NCBI GenBank assembly: GCA_965208325.1
Contig: OZ242326.1
Location: 416,001-480,000, forward strand
Length of the DNA: 64,000 nt
Direction of reading: 5' to 3'
Source: Candidatus Poribacteria bacterium
Lineage (GTDB): Bacteria; Poribacteria; WGA-4E; PCPOR2b
In this document: piece after piece, positions 20,504-30,912 of the stretch
How positions within the stretch are numbered: position 1 is the first letter of the stretch
Layout of the letters: the number at the start of each line of letters is the position of its first letter
The notes under the pieces: model-generated
What the model was told of the DNA's origin: nothing
What the model saw: the letters and a program-made list of their open reading frames with translations, nothing else
The model's database searches: none
Made by a program: the position numbers and the translations under genes

Positions 20504-21394
20504 TTACGGAATTCGGTATTTGTCGTAAAAAGCGCGGTAATCTTGAAGCCCGAGCACTTCATAGAATTCGTCATCTGTGGAAATGTGATCGGCAATCTCG
20601 TTCCAATCTCCCGTTTCGTACAATTTCTTTAGACCGTCTAGCAGCCCTCTAACATACATATACAGCGTCGCAATCGAACCGATAGTCATCGCGTAACCAG
20701 TTCGTTCGAACTCTTTAATCGCAATCGGTTCCATGGGCGCGAAGAGACCCACCCTCAACCCCTTAATGCGTTTAGCGAAATATTCCATCTCAGCCACGTT
20801 TAGCGCCATAAGCATAATACCGTCCGCACCCGCGTCGACATACGCGTTGCTCCGCTCGACTACATCTTCAATCATATTCTTCTCGTAATACGTTTCGAGC
20901 GGTACCGTCCCGATTGTGTCGCATCGTGCGATAATCAGAAAATCGGGGTCCTGGCGCGCATCAACAGCTGCCTCAATTTTGCCGCACATCTCGTCTACTG
21001 AAATTAGTTGGTTGCGGGGGATGCCGGGAAGAAACGGACACTTACAAGGAAGTTGTTCGTCGTCAATGTGAATCCCTGCAACGCCCGCATCCTCAAAATC
21101 TCGAATTGAATCCATGACACTTATGGCGTTACCGTATCCTTCCTCCATGTCAGCTATCACCGGAACATCTACTGCTTTAACAACATTGCGTACGAGTAGA
21201 AGGCGCTCGGTTTTGGACATGAGCGCCAAATCCGGTTTGCCCAAGAATGAGGCTTCAGTGGAATAGCTGCCAACATACACAGCGTCAAAACCTGCCCGCT
21301 GAACTAACAATCCAGACAGGGCGTCTTGGGCGCCGACGCCAACAACCGTCTTGCCCTCGTTAATCATTTTGCGCAGTTTTGCAGTTTTTTTCAT
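20504..21394 (-). CDS. Isocitrate lyase/PEP mutase superfamily enzyme
   Basis: DALSGLLVQRAGFDAVY, GKPDLA, PVIADMEEGYG, IIARCD, AYVDAGADGI. Confidence 0.9.
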   Translation of the reverse strand: MKKTAKLRKMINEGKTVVGVGAQDALSGLLVQRAGFDAVYVGSYSTEASFLGKPDLALMSKTERLLLVRNVVKAVDVPVIADMEEGYGNAISVMDSIRDFEDAGVAGIHIDDEQLPCKCPFLPGIPRNQLISVDEMCGKIEAAVDARQDPDFLIIARCDTIGTVPLETYYEKNMIEDVVERSNAYVDAGADGIMLMALNVAEMEYFAKRIKGLRVGLFAPMEPIAIKEFERTGYAMTIGSIATLYMYVRGLLDGLKKLYETGDWNEIADHISTDDEFYEVLGLQDYRAFYDKYRIP

Positions 21395-21484
21395 AATAAC
21401 CTCAACGCGGATTAATGTACGAAAATCGAGTATTGCCTGATTCGCAAAACGCGAAATTTACCATTCATATTATCGCTGAGGTTC

Positions 21485-21512
21485 ATTATATCATAGACAC
21501 CAATTTTGTCAA
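21485..21512 (-). promoter_or_regulatory. Sigma70-type promoter for the ICL/PEPM-oxidoreductase-PhyH cluster
   Basis: Minus strand TTGACA-N16-TATAAT with extended -10 TG. Confidence 0.65.
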
Positions 21513-21901
21513 TTTTTTCTCCAGTAACGATTCTTTATCCAAAAGAGGACGTTGTTAGATGGAGAGGTTAGTTATCGAAAATGACGGGCAGCAACTGATT
21601 GGTTAATATTCCCATTTTTATTTAAATAGGACTTACGCCGCAAGTTCAAGAATCCACCTGATAAGGGATCCAAGCGAACGAATAGTGAGGCATCAACCGA
21701 CCGAATAGGGAGGGCGATACTCTATAATCTTAGGGAGGGTCGCCCCCTTTTTGATCGGATTAATATGTGTAATTTTTAGCTACAGCGATTATAGCAGTTC
21801 TCTTTGAATTCGTGGATTATTCCAGCCATGCAATTTTTTCTCAGGTTCAAAGTCATATTGACATTATTCTCAATTCAAGTGTATACTAAACAACAATCAA
21901 T

Positions 21902-22252
21902 TAGGGCGTGTTGACATTTATGTAAAGCTGCCTGTAATCGTAGGGGCGAGGTCACCTCGCCCATTGACCAACGCGGTCAGGGAACTCCCAACCATACAGG
22001 TTGAGTGAATTGTACGTCAAGAATCATATCATGACAAAATAACAGGCGTGTTGCACCATAGTCTTGGCACAATTAAGCCGGCATTATGTACTATATTCTA
22101 GAGTATTGTTGATTTTGGCCAATCAACCTACAGGAGTCCGAAATCGTGTCTGATTGTAAACAAAGGGTTGGGTGACCCAACCCCTACGAAACGTCATGTA
22201 TCAGTGCACCGATCTTGATTGTCCGGTTGCGATGAAATGTCAACAGAACCTA
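21902..22252. mobile_element. MITE-like element containing a pair of GTAG-type REP hairpins
   Basis: Imperfect TIRs TAGGGCGTGTTGACATTT / AAATGTCAACAGAACCTA; internal GTAGGGGCGAGGTCACCTCGCCC (21940) and GGGTTGGGTGACCCAACCCCTAC (to 22187); the same right end recurs at ~31497-31515. Confidence 0.6.
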
Positions 22253-22418
22253 GGGTGTGCGAGTCATTAACTATGGTTTGCCGATATTGTCTCGGAAATT
22301 CTAATTGCACAGATCTAATCTAAAACTGATAGGACTTACACAGTTGGGCAGACACAAGGGTTGAGCCTTGCTACGCCTAATCCTAAAAGTCCGCGATTCA
22401 GACAAAAAATCCAAAATA

Positions 22419-22703
22419 TGTGATATTTTGTGAGGTTTTGTGATTTCCGTTGAAGATCCATCAAAATTCAAAACCCTTTAAACCCGCATGATAAGCGGAC
22501 TTCAGCCGATTTCACAAGTACCGTTTCGCACATCACAAATACCTCACAAAATGTGATATATTGTGACATATAACTGTGAATGTGGTGTATTCAAAATTCC
22601 TTTGAATCCGCATGACAAGCCGATTTACACAGGGTTCATAGCCAAGAGTTAAAATGTCACAAGTTGCCTCACAAAATGTGACATGGTGTGATATTTTGTG
22701 AGG
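22419..22703. repeat. Array of 10-bp-phased TGTGA motifs within a ~125-bp duplicated unit
   Basis: TGTGA at 22419/22429/22439, 22552/22562 and 22677/22687/22697; CCTCACAAAATGTGA twice; CCGCATGAYAAGC twice. Confidence 0.75.
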
Positions 22704-22753
22704 TTTTTTTTGTGTTAAACATAGAATCCGGCAGATTTCTACCAAATCAAACT

Positions 22754-22831
22754 ATAGCCATTGCCACTAAAAATTATACATTTACTCATTGGTCTGTGGG
22801 AGAGGCTTCCTAGCCTCGATTATCAATCAGC
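22754..22831 (+). repeat. 78-bp repeat, left member of an inverted pair (mate 33763-33840)
   Basis: ATAGCCATTGCCACTAAAAATTATACATTTACTCATTGG...; matches the reverse complement of 33763-33840 with 4 mismatches by eye. Confidence 0.85.
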
Positions 22832-22835
22832 TTTC

Positions 22836-22939
22836 GTAGGTTGGGTTACGCTCCATCCATCAAATCCCGATCGTGGTTAACCTGCCGATCGATTCGTAAT
22901 AATGAACATCATTCGTGTAATCCGCTTAACCCAACCTAC
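22836..22939. repeat. GTAG-family REP doublet
   Basis: GTAGGTTGGGTTA...TTAACCCAACCTAC; related copy at 30122-30313. Confidence 0.7.
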
Positions 22940-22972
22940 AAAAGCTATTGGAAAGTCCTCCCCCTGGCTAAG

Positions 22973-24626
22973 CTTACTATTACCCACAAGTCTTCGGAGG
23001 TAGTGGTTTTCTATGTTAGTGCTAAGAACTATCGTTCAATTCGACACTGTGAAAAAGGCGAAAGGTGTCAGAAATATCTCTTAACCGCTGCCACCCTCGC
23101 CAGATAACAGTCACCCCAGGCTCACCGTCGGACCTGCGCGCTAAAAAACCACCGAGCTTGGCAATCCAAATCACTACCTCAGAAACGGTAGGAACTTGCT
23201 TGGGCAAAGTGCTACGCCGATGAGACACACAATAGAGCGCTTTCCACTCATCAGATGTTAGCACACACCTACAATCCGCAGTCGGGGCATGGCGGTTCAT
23301 CATCGTCAGCCAGTACAACCGCCACGCAATCACACTGGTTAGCGCAAAGTATCGTAAAAGCCGACTTTTAGTTTGCAGACGGCACGATTCGATTTTGGTG
23401 CCGGATTTGAGGACCTTGAAATAGACTTCAATTTGCCATCTTAAACTGTACCAACGTATTCGTTCCAGAGCGTCCGAAAAATTGGCCACTTCTACATTCG
23501 TGATTAACAGCCATTCAATCGGGGTTGCCCTCGCGGGTGGATTCACCTCTGCTACCCAGATGACATTCACCTCAATTGCAGGTAGATTTGGCGATTGTGA
23601 CGCCTGCGAACGATAGGGAGGAACCAGCGTCGTTGCCGTAAAATGAACACTGACCGTAGCCTCACGAGATGCTTGGTTCCCACGAGCGGGTACCTTAACA
23701 ACTAGCATACCGGAAGCAGGTTGACTTTTGACCAAGGGATTGAGTTTACCCAGCTCATCATCAACAATTCGATTCTGAACCGCTCGAATCACGAAGGGTG
23801 TGTCTTGTGATTCAACAAAAAATTCATAAATATCGGCTTCACGGTCACAGATGGAAATTACCTCAACCCCTGCTGGAGTTTGCGCTTTGATTTCATTTAA
23901 CGCTTCAATCCATTTGTAACTCTCTTTTTCAGTCAGTGGCGGATTGGTTTTGCGAACGGTTTGCTCGGAATCTTCCCGGACCCAAACTTTATCCGTGAGT
24001 CACCCCAATGGCAATCCCGACTCAGTGAGCACTAGCGTCGTGTGTTTGACAAACCCGTAGATTTGCTGCGACTTTGTCCCAATTGGACCTAAGCCCTCGG
24101 TCAACGGGTGATGCGTGTAATTCAGATAGGTCGTATCCTGTACTGCAAAAACACGTTGATGTTCACTCATTCGTTCAACAGTACGTTGAAAGTGAGGCAC
24201 TAGAATTTTTTCTGCTGTGACCTTCTGGTTATCAAATAAACGATAAGCTGCTTTTGTGGCTGCCCAATCACCACAGGCAGCGTTGATGGAGGATTGCGGA
24301 TAGCCTGATAATTCTTCGGCGACATCAATCAGTCGCTCAGTGAGACGTTTATCTCCCAAATGAATCGTCCCAAATTCTTGGCGACTCCAAGGGAGCTTGA
24401 ACTCATCATGGTTTGAAGGCATAGTTGACTCCAATTTCGTAGTGAGGTCGTTATGATTTTCGGTAACCTAGCCCCTCGAATTTATCACATTTGCTTTCGC
24501 CAAGCAAATACTGATTCTCGATTCCGAAATGTTACCCGCCTAACTTGCAGGCAATCATGTTAGTCAAATAAGAGACGCAAAAAAACCATCACCTTCCAGA
24601 TTACCTGACTTGTGGGTAATAGTAAG
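22973..24626 (-). mobile_element. IS4-family (IS50/Tn5-like) insertion sequence, 1654 bp
   Basis: Perfect 20-bp TIRs CTTACTATTACCCACAAGTC (22973-22992 and 24607-24626); 10-bp target duplication CCTGGCTAAG (22963-22972 and 24627-24636). Confidence 0.95.
23022..24434 (-). pseudogene. IS4-family transposase with one in-frame TGA at 24000-24002
   Basis: LGDKRL, VQDTT, KESYKW, CDREAD, WLLIT, YSLRWQIE...K, LGGFLAR..DGEPG; both track ORFs are in the same frame. Confidence 0.9.
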
Positions 24627-24683
24627 CCTGGCTAAGGGGGAGCTAGAGGGGGTCAGGAACTTTTCACCTCGCAGAAGATAAAG

Positions 24684-27600
24684 ATGAACCCATCCAAAGA
24701 CAAAATCAAGACTGCCCTACAACGCTTCACCGATGGACACCTCACCGAAAACGCCCGCCATCTTCTCAACACCCTCGGCTACCGCAGCCAAAGGACGCTA
24801 TCCCTCGAACCGAACACCGCCGACGGATTTATTGAGCACTTCGACACGCATAATACTATGAACCGCGAGCGGGGGCAGTTGAATGATTGGGAGTCCATCG
24901 ACTTCCTGTTTCAACTGACAGACGACGAAATCAATCAGAGCGCTCAGACTACCTTTGGCGTTGAAGGGACCGGAATAGACAAAAGCGTTTATGAATCCTA
25001 TCTCTTCTTCGCCCTAAAACTTCAGAATCGCGGCTACACCCGCACCCAACTGTCGGACATCGCCCGCGAAATCAACAAACTGCTCATGATACCCGCCATG
25101 GTCTTGTTCCAGCACGGGGATGCCCTCACCTTCGCCGTAATCGACCGCCGGCTGCACAAGCGCTACGAATCCAAAGATGTCCTTGAAAAGGTGGCGCTCA
25201 TTAAAGACATTGATTTCGCTAACCCCCACCGCGCCCACATCGACATCTTGTTCGACTTGTCGCTTAGTGAGCTACACCACCAGCATCGTTTCACCGATTT
25301 CCCGGGGCTTCATGAAGCTTGGAAATATACGCTCGACACCGAACTGCTCAACAAGCAGTTTTACAAAAAGTTGTTCAACTGGTTTGTATGGGCGGTCGAA
25401 GAGTCAAAATTTCCCGATAAAGAGAACAGAATACTGAAACCCGAACAGCATGTCATCCGCTTAATCACGCGCTTGCTTTTCGTATGGTTTATTAAAGAAA
25501 AGAGACTGGTTGCCGACGAAATATTCGACGAAAAGCAAGTTGCCCCCTTGCTGAAGGACTACAGCCGTAACACCGGCGATTCCTACTACCGTGCGGTGTT
25601 ACAAAACCTGTTTTTCGCCACGCTAAACACCGAGATTGAGAAGCGTAAGTTTAGCACAGAGAAAAACGCTACACACCGTAATTTTTCACGGTATCGTTAC
25701 AATAGCCAAATCAGTCATCCGAATAAACTTCTAGGACTATTCGCCCAAACGCCGTTCATAAACGGCGGGTTGTTCGACTGTTTGGATAGCGAGGAGGCGA
25801 CAGAGGGCGGCGGCTACCGCATTGACTGTTTTTCGGATAGACATTACAAGCGGTTGAGTATTCCCAACCGTCTCTTTTTCGACGGGGACGACGGTCTGTT
25901 CCCCCTACTGAAACACTACAAGTTCACCGTTGAGGAAAACACGCCGATTGAGCAGGAGGTCGCCCTGGATCCCGAACTCCTCGGCAAGGTGTTTGAGAAC
26001 CTGTTGGCAGCATACAACCCGGAAACTGGCGAGTCTGCCCGCAAACAGACCGGCTCATACTACACCCCGCGTCCCATAGTGGACTATATGGTAGAAGAGG
26101 CGTTGGTAGCAACGCTGGCGCAACAGGTAAACCCATCGGACGGAGATGTGAGTTTTTGGGAAGAGCGCTTGCACTATCTGCTAGACTATGCGAAGGCATT
26201 CGACGACGCGAGCGAATGGTTTGATGACGATGAGAAAGACGGACTTGTACAGGCAATTTCGGAGCTCAAGATACTAGATCCCGCGGTCGGTTCTGGCGCG
26301 TTTCCGATGGGTGTGCTGCACAAACTGACCCTCGCGCTGCGGCGGCTTGACCCGGATAACAAGCGCTGGGAACAGTTACAGCGGGAACGGGCAATACAGC
26401 GAGCGGAAGTCGCATTCGATACGAAAGATGACAGGACACGGCGCGAGGAACTCGTCGAGATTGACGAAACTTTTAAGCGGTATCGGGATTCGGATTTCGG
26501 ACGGAAATTATACCTGATTCAGAACAGTATCTTCGGCGTGGATATTCAATCCATTGCTTGCCAAATCGCCAAACTCCGCTTCTTCATCTCCCTTGCGATT
26601 GAGCAGATGCCGGATAAAGACGCGGAGAACTTCGGTATCAAGCCGTTGCCGAATCTGGAGACGCGCTTTGTTGCAGCGAATACGCTAATCGGTCTTGAAG
26701 GCGAACAAACCCTGATCAGTCCCAATGCGATAGCTTTAGAGCAAGCATTGGCTGACAACCGCGAGCGGCATTTCCATGCAACGACGCGTCCGCAAAAACT
26801 GGCGTGTAAGCGAGAGGACATAAAGTTGCGGCGGGAATTAGCAGCAGAATTAAGGCATATCGGCATGCCTGACGATGATGCCGAAAGAATTGTCCATTGG
26901 GATCCCTACGACCAGAGTGAAAGCGCGGAATGGTTTGATTCAGAATGGATGTTCGGAGTCACGGACGGGTTTGATGTGGTGATTGGGAATCCGCCGTATG
27001 TTGATTCTGAAAACATGACGAGGACTAATGCAGAGGCGAGACGATTTCTTGCCGAGAAGTATATGACTGCCAAAGGGAATTGGGACCTTTATATTCCGTT
27101 CTGGGAATTTTCACTTAATTTGATTCATGAAAAAGGTGTTGCAAGTCTCATTACTCCTAATAAATGGTTATCAATCAGCTATGGAAAGAGTTTGCGACAG
27201 TTTTCAAGGCCTTTCGTGTACAAAATTGTTGACTATTCTCGTTTTAGAGTTTTTGAACAGATGGGTGTTTTTCCCGTAGCTGTGTTTATGAGTTGCCGTG
27301 CTTGCAATTATGTACATATTGAGCGTTATTCCGAGAATCACAATCTAATCTCAGACCAAAAATTACCTGTGAACCTTTTAACTAGCAAGTTTGAAAATTG
27401 GGGCATTCTTTTGTCTGAAAATATAGACTTAGTAGTCGCGATGATGGAAAGAAGCAAAAAGTTGTCGGAGTATTGTCGGGTGGAGGCGGCATTTACAGTT
27501 TCAGAAGCTTATGAACTATCAGAACAATTACGTGAGTTTAGTTCATCAAAGCGTGATGTCTTCAGATTTGTTAATACAGGAACAATTGACCCTTATGTAT

Positions 27601-28132
27601 CCTTGTGGGGAGTAAAGAAAACAACATACTAAAAGCAAAATATAACAGACCTGTAGTTGATCGTGAGAATTTTAGAAAACGCTTTCAGAAAAGGTATATT
27701 CAGACAACTTGCTCCAAAATCATTATATCGGGCATACGACATTTTGAGGCTTTTCTTGACACCGACGGGGAATGGATTGCAGGAAAATCAACGGTGATAC
27801 TGAGGAATTTTACAGGAATTTCTATTGAACTGATGGCCGGTATATTGAACTCACGCTTAGTATCCTTTTTTCTTCAGCAATGTTTTGGAAGCCTTGCAAT
27901 GGACGGTGGTATTAGCTTTTCCCCTTCAAATGTGTCCGAAATCCCGATTCCAGATGTTAGTAAAAACAATTGCGATGATATTGTGAAGAAGGTTAATCAA
28001 ATTATCACCGCTAAATCGGTTGATATTGCAAGCGATACCTCTGAGCTCGAAAGTGAGATTGACCAGTTGGTATACTCACTGTACAAATTAACCCCTGAAG
28101 AAATGGAAATTGTGGATGAAGCAACAAGGTAA
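24684..28132 (+). pseudogene. Eco57I/type IIG-like R-M N6-adenine methyltransferase with TaqI-C-like specificity domain, frameshifted near 27630
   Basis: RKQTGSYYTP, ILDPAVGSGAF, FDVVIGNPPY; second ORF 27605-28132 has GILNSRL and EIDQLVYSLYKLTPEE; adding one base restores ...KKTTYLKAKYNRP... Confidence 0.85.
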
Positions 28133-28349
28133 ATTGTCTGAATCAGAATATTCAGGATGGGCAGTTAAACAGAGTAAGCAAGATGGCGTATATGAGGCGG
28201 CCATGCATCTTGCGGAGGCGTGGTTGCGGAAAACATGTAGTTTGCAGAGGTAAGCATTAGATTTGTCTTTAGCCAGTTTTCTTTATGAGCAAATTGTGCA
28301 CATATTGTGTAAAAATCACTCGAATACACAAGATCTAGGGCGATTTCGC

Positions 28350-28378
28350 TTGCATTCCGAAGCTGGGGCGGGTATAAT
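28350..28378 (+). promoter_or_regulatory. Sigma70-type promoter of the peptide-TIR-Macro operon
   Basis: TTGCAT-N17-TATAAT, 31 nt upstream of ATG 28410. Confidence 0.65.
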
Positions 28379-28409
28379 TCAACATTCTTAAACAAGGTCG
28401 GTGATTCAA

Positions 28410-28541
28410 ATGCCTAGCAAACAAATTACGGCTATCAAGCTCGGACGCGATGCAAAGACAGGTCGGTTTATTTCTGTAAAGGAGGCACAGCGCCGGAAAA
28501 AGACTGCGGTAGCCGAAACCATAATTAGCATAATTAGATAG
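28410..28541 (+). CDS. Small basic protein (43 aa), first gene of the Thoeris-like operon
   Basis: Not in the ORF track. MPSKQITAIKLGRDAKTGRFISVKEAQRRKKTAVAETIISIIR*; GGTGA RBS-like site; lies between the promoter and the TIR gene. Confidence 0.7.
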   Translation: MPSKQITAIKLGRDAKTGRFISVKEAQRRKKTAVAETIISIIR

Positions 28542-28561
28542 AAAGGAAAGCAGGTGATAAT

Positions 28562-29065
28562 ATGGCTTACAGAAACAAGACATACGTTTGTTTTGATGGC
28601 GATAATGACATCCACTACTATCGGTTAATGAAGGCTTGGAAACAAAATGATGGTGTCTCATTCAATTTTTTTGATGCTCACGATTTGAATACTGCGCGGG
28701 ATACAAGTTTAACACAATCGATCAGGAATCAACTTCGAGAGAGGTTGAAAAACAGCAAAATCTTAGTGGTTTTGATTGGGGAGCAAACACGGTATCTTTA
28801 TCGCTTTGTGCGATGGGAAATGGAACAAGCCTTATATTTAGGATTGCCAATCGTTGGTGTTAATCTGAATGGACTGAGACAACAAGATTCGACAAGATGT
28901 CCACCGGTAATACGCGATGAACTCGTTGTGTATGTTAGCTTTAACGCTGCTATTTTACAGTATGCTTTAGAGGATTGGATCGTGACTCACTATTCCCTCA
29001 AACAACAGGGCGAGTCGGGGCCGTATTATTACAAACAAAGTGTTTATACTGGATTGGGCTTATGA
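28562..29065 (+). CDS. thsB: TIR-domain protein (MTH538/DUF1863 type), Thoeris ThsB-like
   Basis: MAYRNKTYVCFDGDNDIHYYRLMKAW, FFDAHD, LRERLKNSKILVVLIG, FVRWEME with candidate catalytic Glu. Confidence 0.85.
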   Translation: MAYRNKTYVCFDGDNDIHYYRLMKAWKQNDGVSFNFFDAHDLNTARDTSLTQSIRNQLRERLKNSKILVVLIGEQTRYLYRFVRWEMEQALYLGLPIVGVNLNGLRQQDSTRCPPVIRDELVVYVSFNAAILQYALEDWIVTHYSLKQQGESGPYYYKQSVYTGLGL

Positions 29066-30003
29066 AATTTTTTTTCAAATGCTCGCTTTATTTTTCTAAG
29101 ACGTATTGGAAGTATAATTGGAAAAACGCTGGGCGCGATTTTCTTCGATTTTATGGTATCTTTTGGCTAATTGTTGAGCCTTCTTCAATTTTCTTCCCTG
29201 AAATTACAGACTGGACTCGTGGTAATTGGAAATTATTTTTTGCATATGTGGCGCTTGCGCTATTATGCGCAATATGGCGTAATAATCCCGCGCCCGTTGT
29301 GAGTTGCAGATTAAGCGGCAGAGATGTTTCGATAGAAATTAGAATTAGCAACATCTTCAATGTTAAAGGGGCGGCATTTGTCATCGGTACAAATTCCACG
29401 TTTGATACGAGTATATCAAGAGGGTTGATTTCTGCGAAGAGTCTACAAGGGCAATTCACAAAAGAATATTATGATAAAGAAGAGCATCTTGACAGCGATT
29501 TGGCAGAAGCATTGGCAGAAGAAAAGTCTATTTTGTTGCATGACGATGATAGAAAAGGCAAGAAAGAAATATATGAGATAGGCACTGTGGCCAAGGTATG
29601 CCCTAAAGGGCAGCTCGTCTACTTGGTTGCAATTGCTCACATGAATAAAGAGGGAAGGGCAGAAAGTAACTTTGAGGAGGTGGTAGAGAGTCTTGGAAAA
29701 CTTTGGAATTCCATTGCTGAACGGGGTGAATTAGAACCTCTTGTAGTACCTGTTTTAGGAACAGGTCTTGCGAGGCTAGTGGAAGTTACAAGAGAGGAGA
29801 TGATCAGAGAGATTATTAAGTCGTTCATTCCTGCATGCGCGGTAAAGAAATTTTGTGAAAAATTGACAATTGTAATTTCCGAGCGTGACTATCGCGAGTG
29901 GGAAATAGATTTGCGAGAATTAGGTGATTTCCTTAGACATCGTTGTAAATACACAGATCTAAAAAACACGACAGATTCTGGAAAAGGAAAAGCAATCCCT
30001 TAA
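29062..30003 (+). CDS. thsA: Two-TM + Macro-like domain effector (DUF6430-like), type II Thoeris ThsA-like
   Basis: ATGA overlap with the TIR stop; two hydrophobic helices, then VIGTNSTFDT, ISAKSLQGQF, YEIGTV, VPVLGTGLAR. Confidence 0.8.
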   Translation: MKFFFKCSLYFSKTYWKYNWKNAGRDFLRFYGIFWLIVEPSSIFFPEITDWTRGNWKLFFAYVALALLCAIWRNNPAPVVSCRLSGRDVSIEIRISNIFNVKGAAFVIGTNSTFDTSISRGLISAKSLQGQFTKEYYDKEEHLDSDLAEALAEEKSILLHDDDRKGKKEIYEIGTVAKVCPKGQLVYLVAIAHMNKEGRAESNFEEVVESLGKLWNSIAERGELEPLVVPVLGTGLARLVEVTREEMIREIIKSFIPACAVKKFCEKLTIVISERDYREWEIDLRELGDFLRHRCKYTDLKNTTDSGKGKAIP

Positions 30004-30121
30004 TGAACTTCGTCTCAAATACGCAAGCGTTAATGACTTCGCGGAGAAAACTAGGCTTCATTTACCAACGGACATTGACGCCATGCTGACGCCACCGCAG
30101 TCTTGAATAATGACGGTTTTT

Positions 30122-30313
30122 GTAGGTTGGGTTGAGCCAACGGCGAAACCCAAAGCTTTTAGCATTTTTTCACCAGCATCGCTCAACAAAACGTTCGTAA
30201 TGTTTAGAAAAGCGTTGGGTCTCGCTACGCCAAACAAATCTTGAACGCAATTAACCAACAAACCGATTCGTTATAATTCACTAGTCTCACCATGACCGCT
30301 CAACCCAACCTAC
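30122..30313. repeat. GTAG-family REP doublet
   Basis: GTAGGTTGGGTTGAGC...GCTCAACCCAACCTAC; internal segment repeated at ~33687-33724. Confidence 0.7.
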
Positions 30314-30576
30314 AAAATCTGCCCGATTGTGTATTGGCGAGCGATTTAGCTATCGCCAAGAATTTAGAATGTGCGGAAGCAGATGTGAAAACGGGAAGGC
30401 TAAAGCCTTTGGGGTGATGTTAGACAGGGTCCTTGAGGTACAGTTTCCTGATGGTGAACGGCGGCAGCCCGATTTTACGAAACGAAGCCAATCGTGATGG
30501 AGTTTTTTCCATCCGTGTCATCTTTATAATCCGTGATTCAGACAATGCACAACAAACAGAACGATAGGAGAATACT

Positions 30577-30912
30577 GTGCGAAAAGTAGACCTACAACAG
30601 CGAGCGGTTGAGTTAATCAAACAACTCTCGACAGAAAAACTGAAGGCGGGGGTTGACTATCTGACCTACCTTCAGGATATAGATGCGTGGAAAGCCACAC
30701 ACGAATTGGCGAGCGATCCAGAAATCGCCAAGCGTTTAGAGTCGAAATGGACGGGCAAAAATCCAATTGTACAACGTATCATTGAAGCTGTCGAAAAATC
30801 ACAAGATGTGACACTAGAAGATGCAGAGATACTGCTTCAGGTAATTAAGGAAAATCAGATGCCTGTGCGATTCGATTCACCATTCACGGCGAACAATCAA
30901 GAAAGTCAATGA
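30577..30912 (+). CDS. Putative antitoxin / hypothetical protein
   Basis: Small ORF with AGGAG RBS and ATGA overlap with the downstream PIN gene. Confidence 0.65.
   Translation: MRKVDLQQRAVELIKQLSTEKLKAGVDYLTYLQDIDAWKATHELASDPEIAKRLESKWTGKNPIVQRIIEAVEKSQDVTLEDAEILLQVIKENQMPVRFDSPFTANNQESQ

Noticed and set aside
22533..23107. Short ORFs 22533-22745 and 22841-23107 (likewise 30058-30261, 33596-34156)
   Set aside because: They are translations of non-coding repeat or IS-end sequence with no protein motifs
28975..29061. Longer N-terminus of the Macro gene given in the ORF track
   Set aside because: Overlaps the TIR gene by ~90 nt; the ATGA-coupled start at 29062 is more plausible
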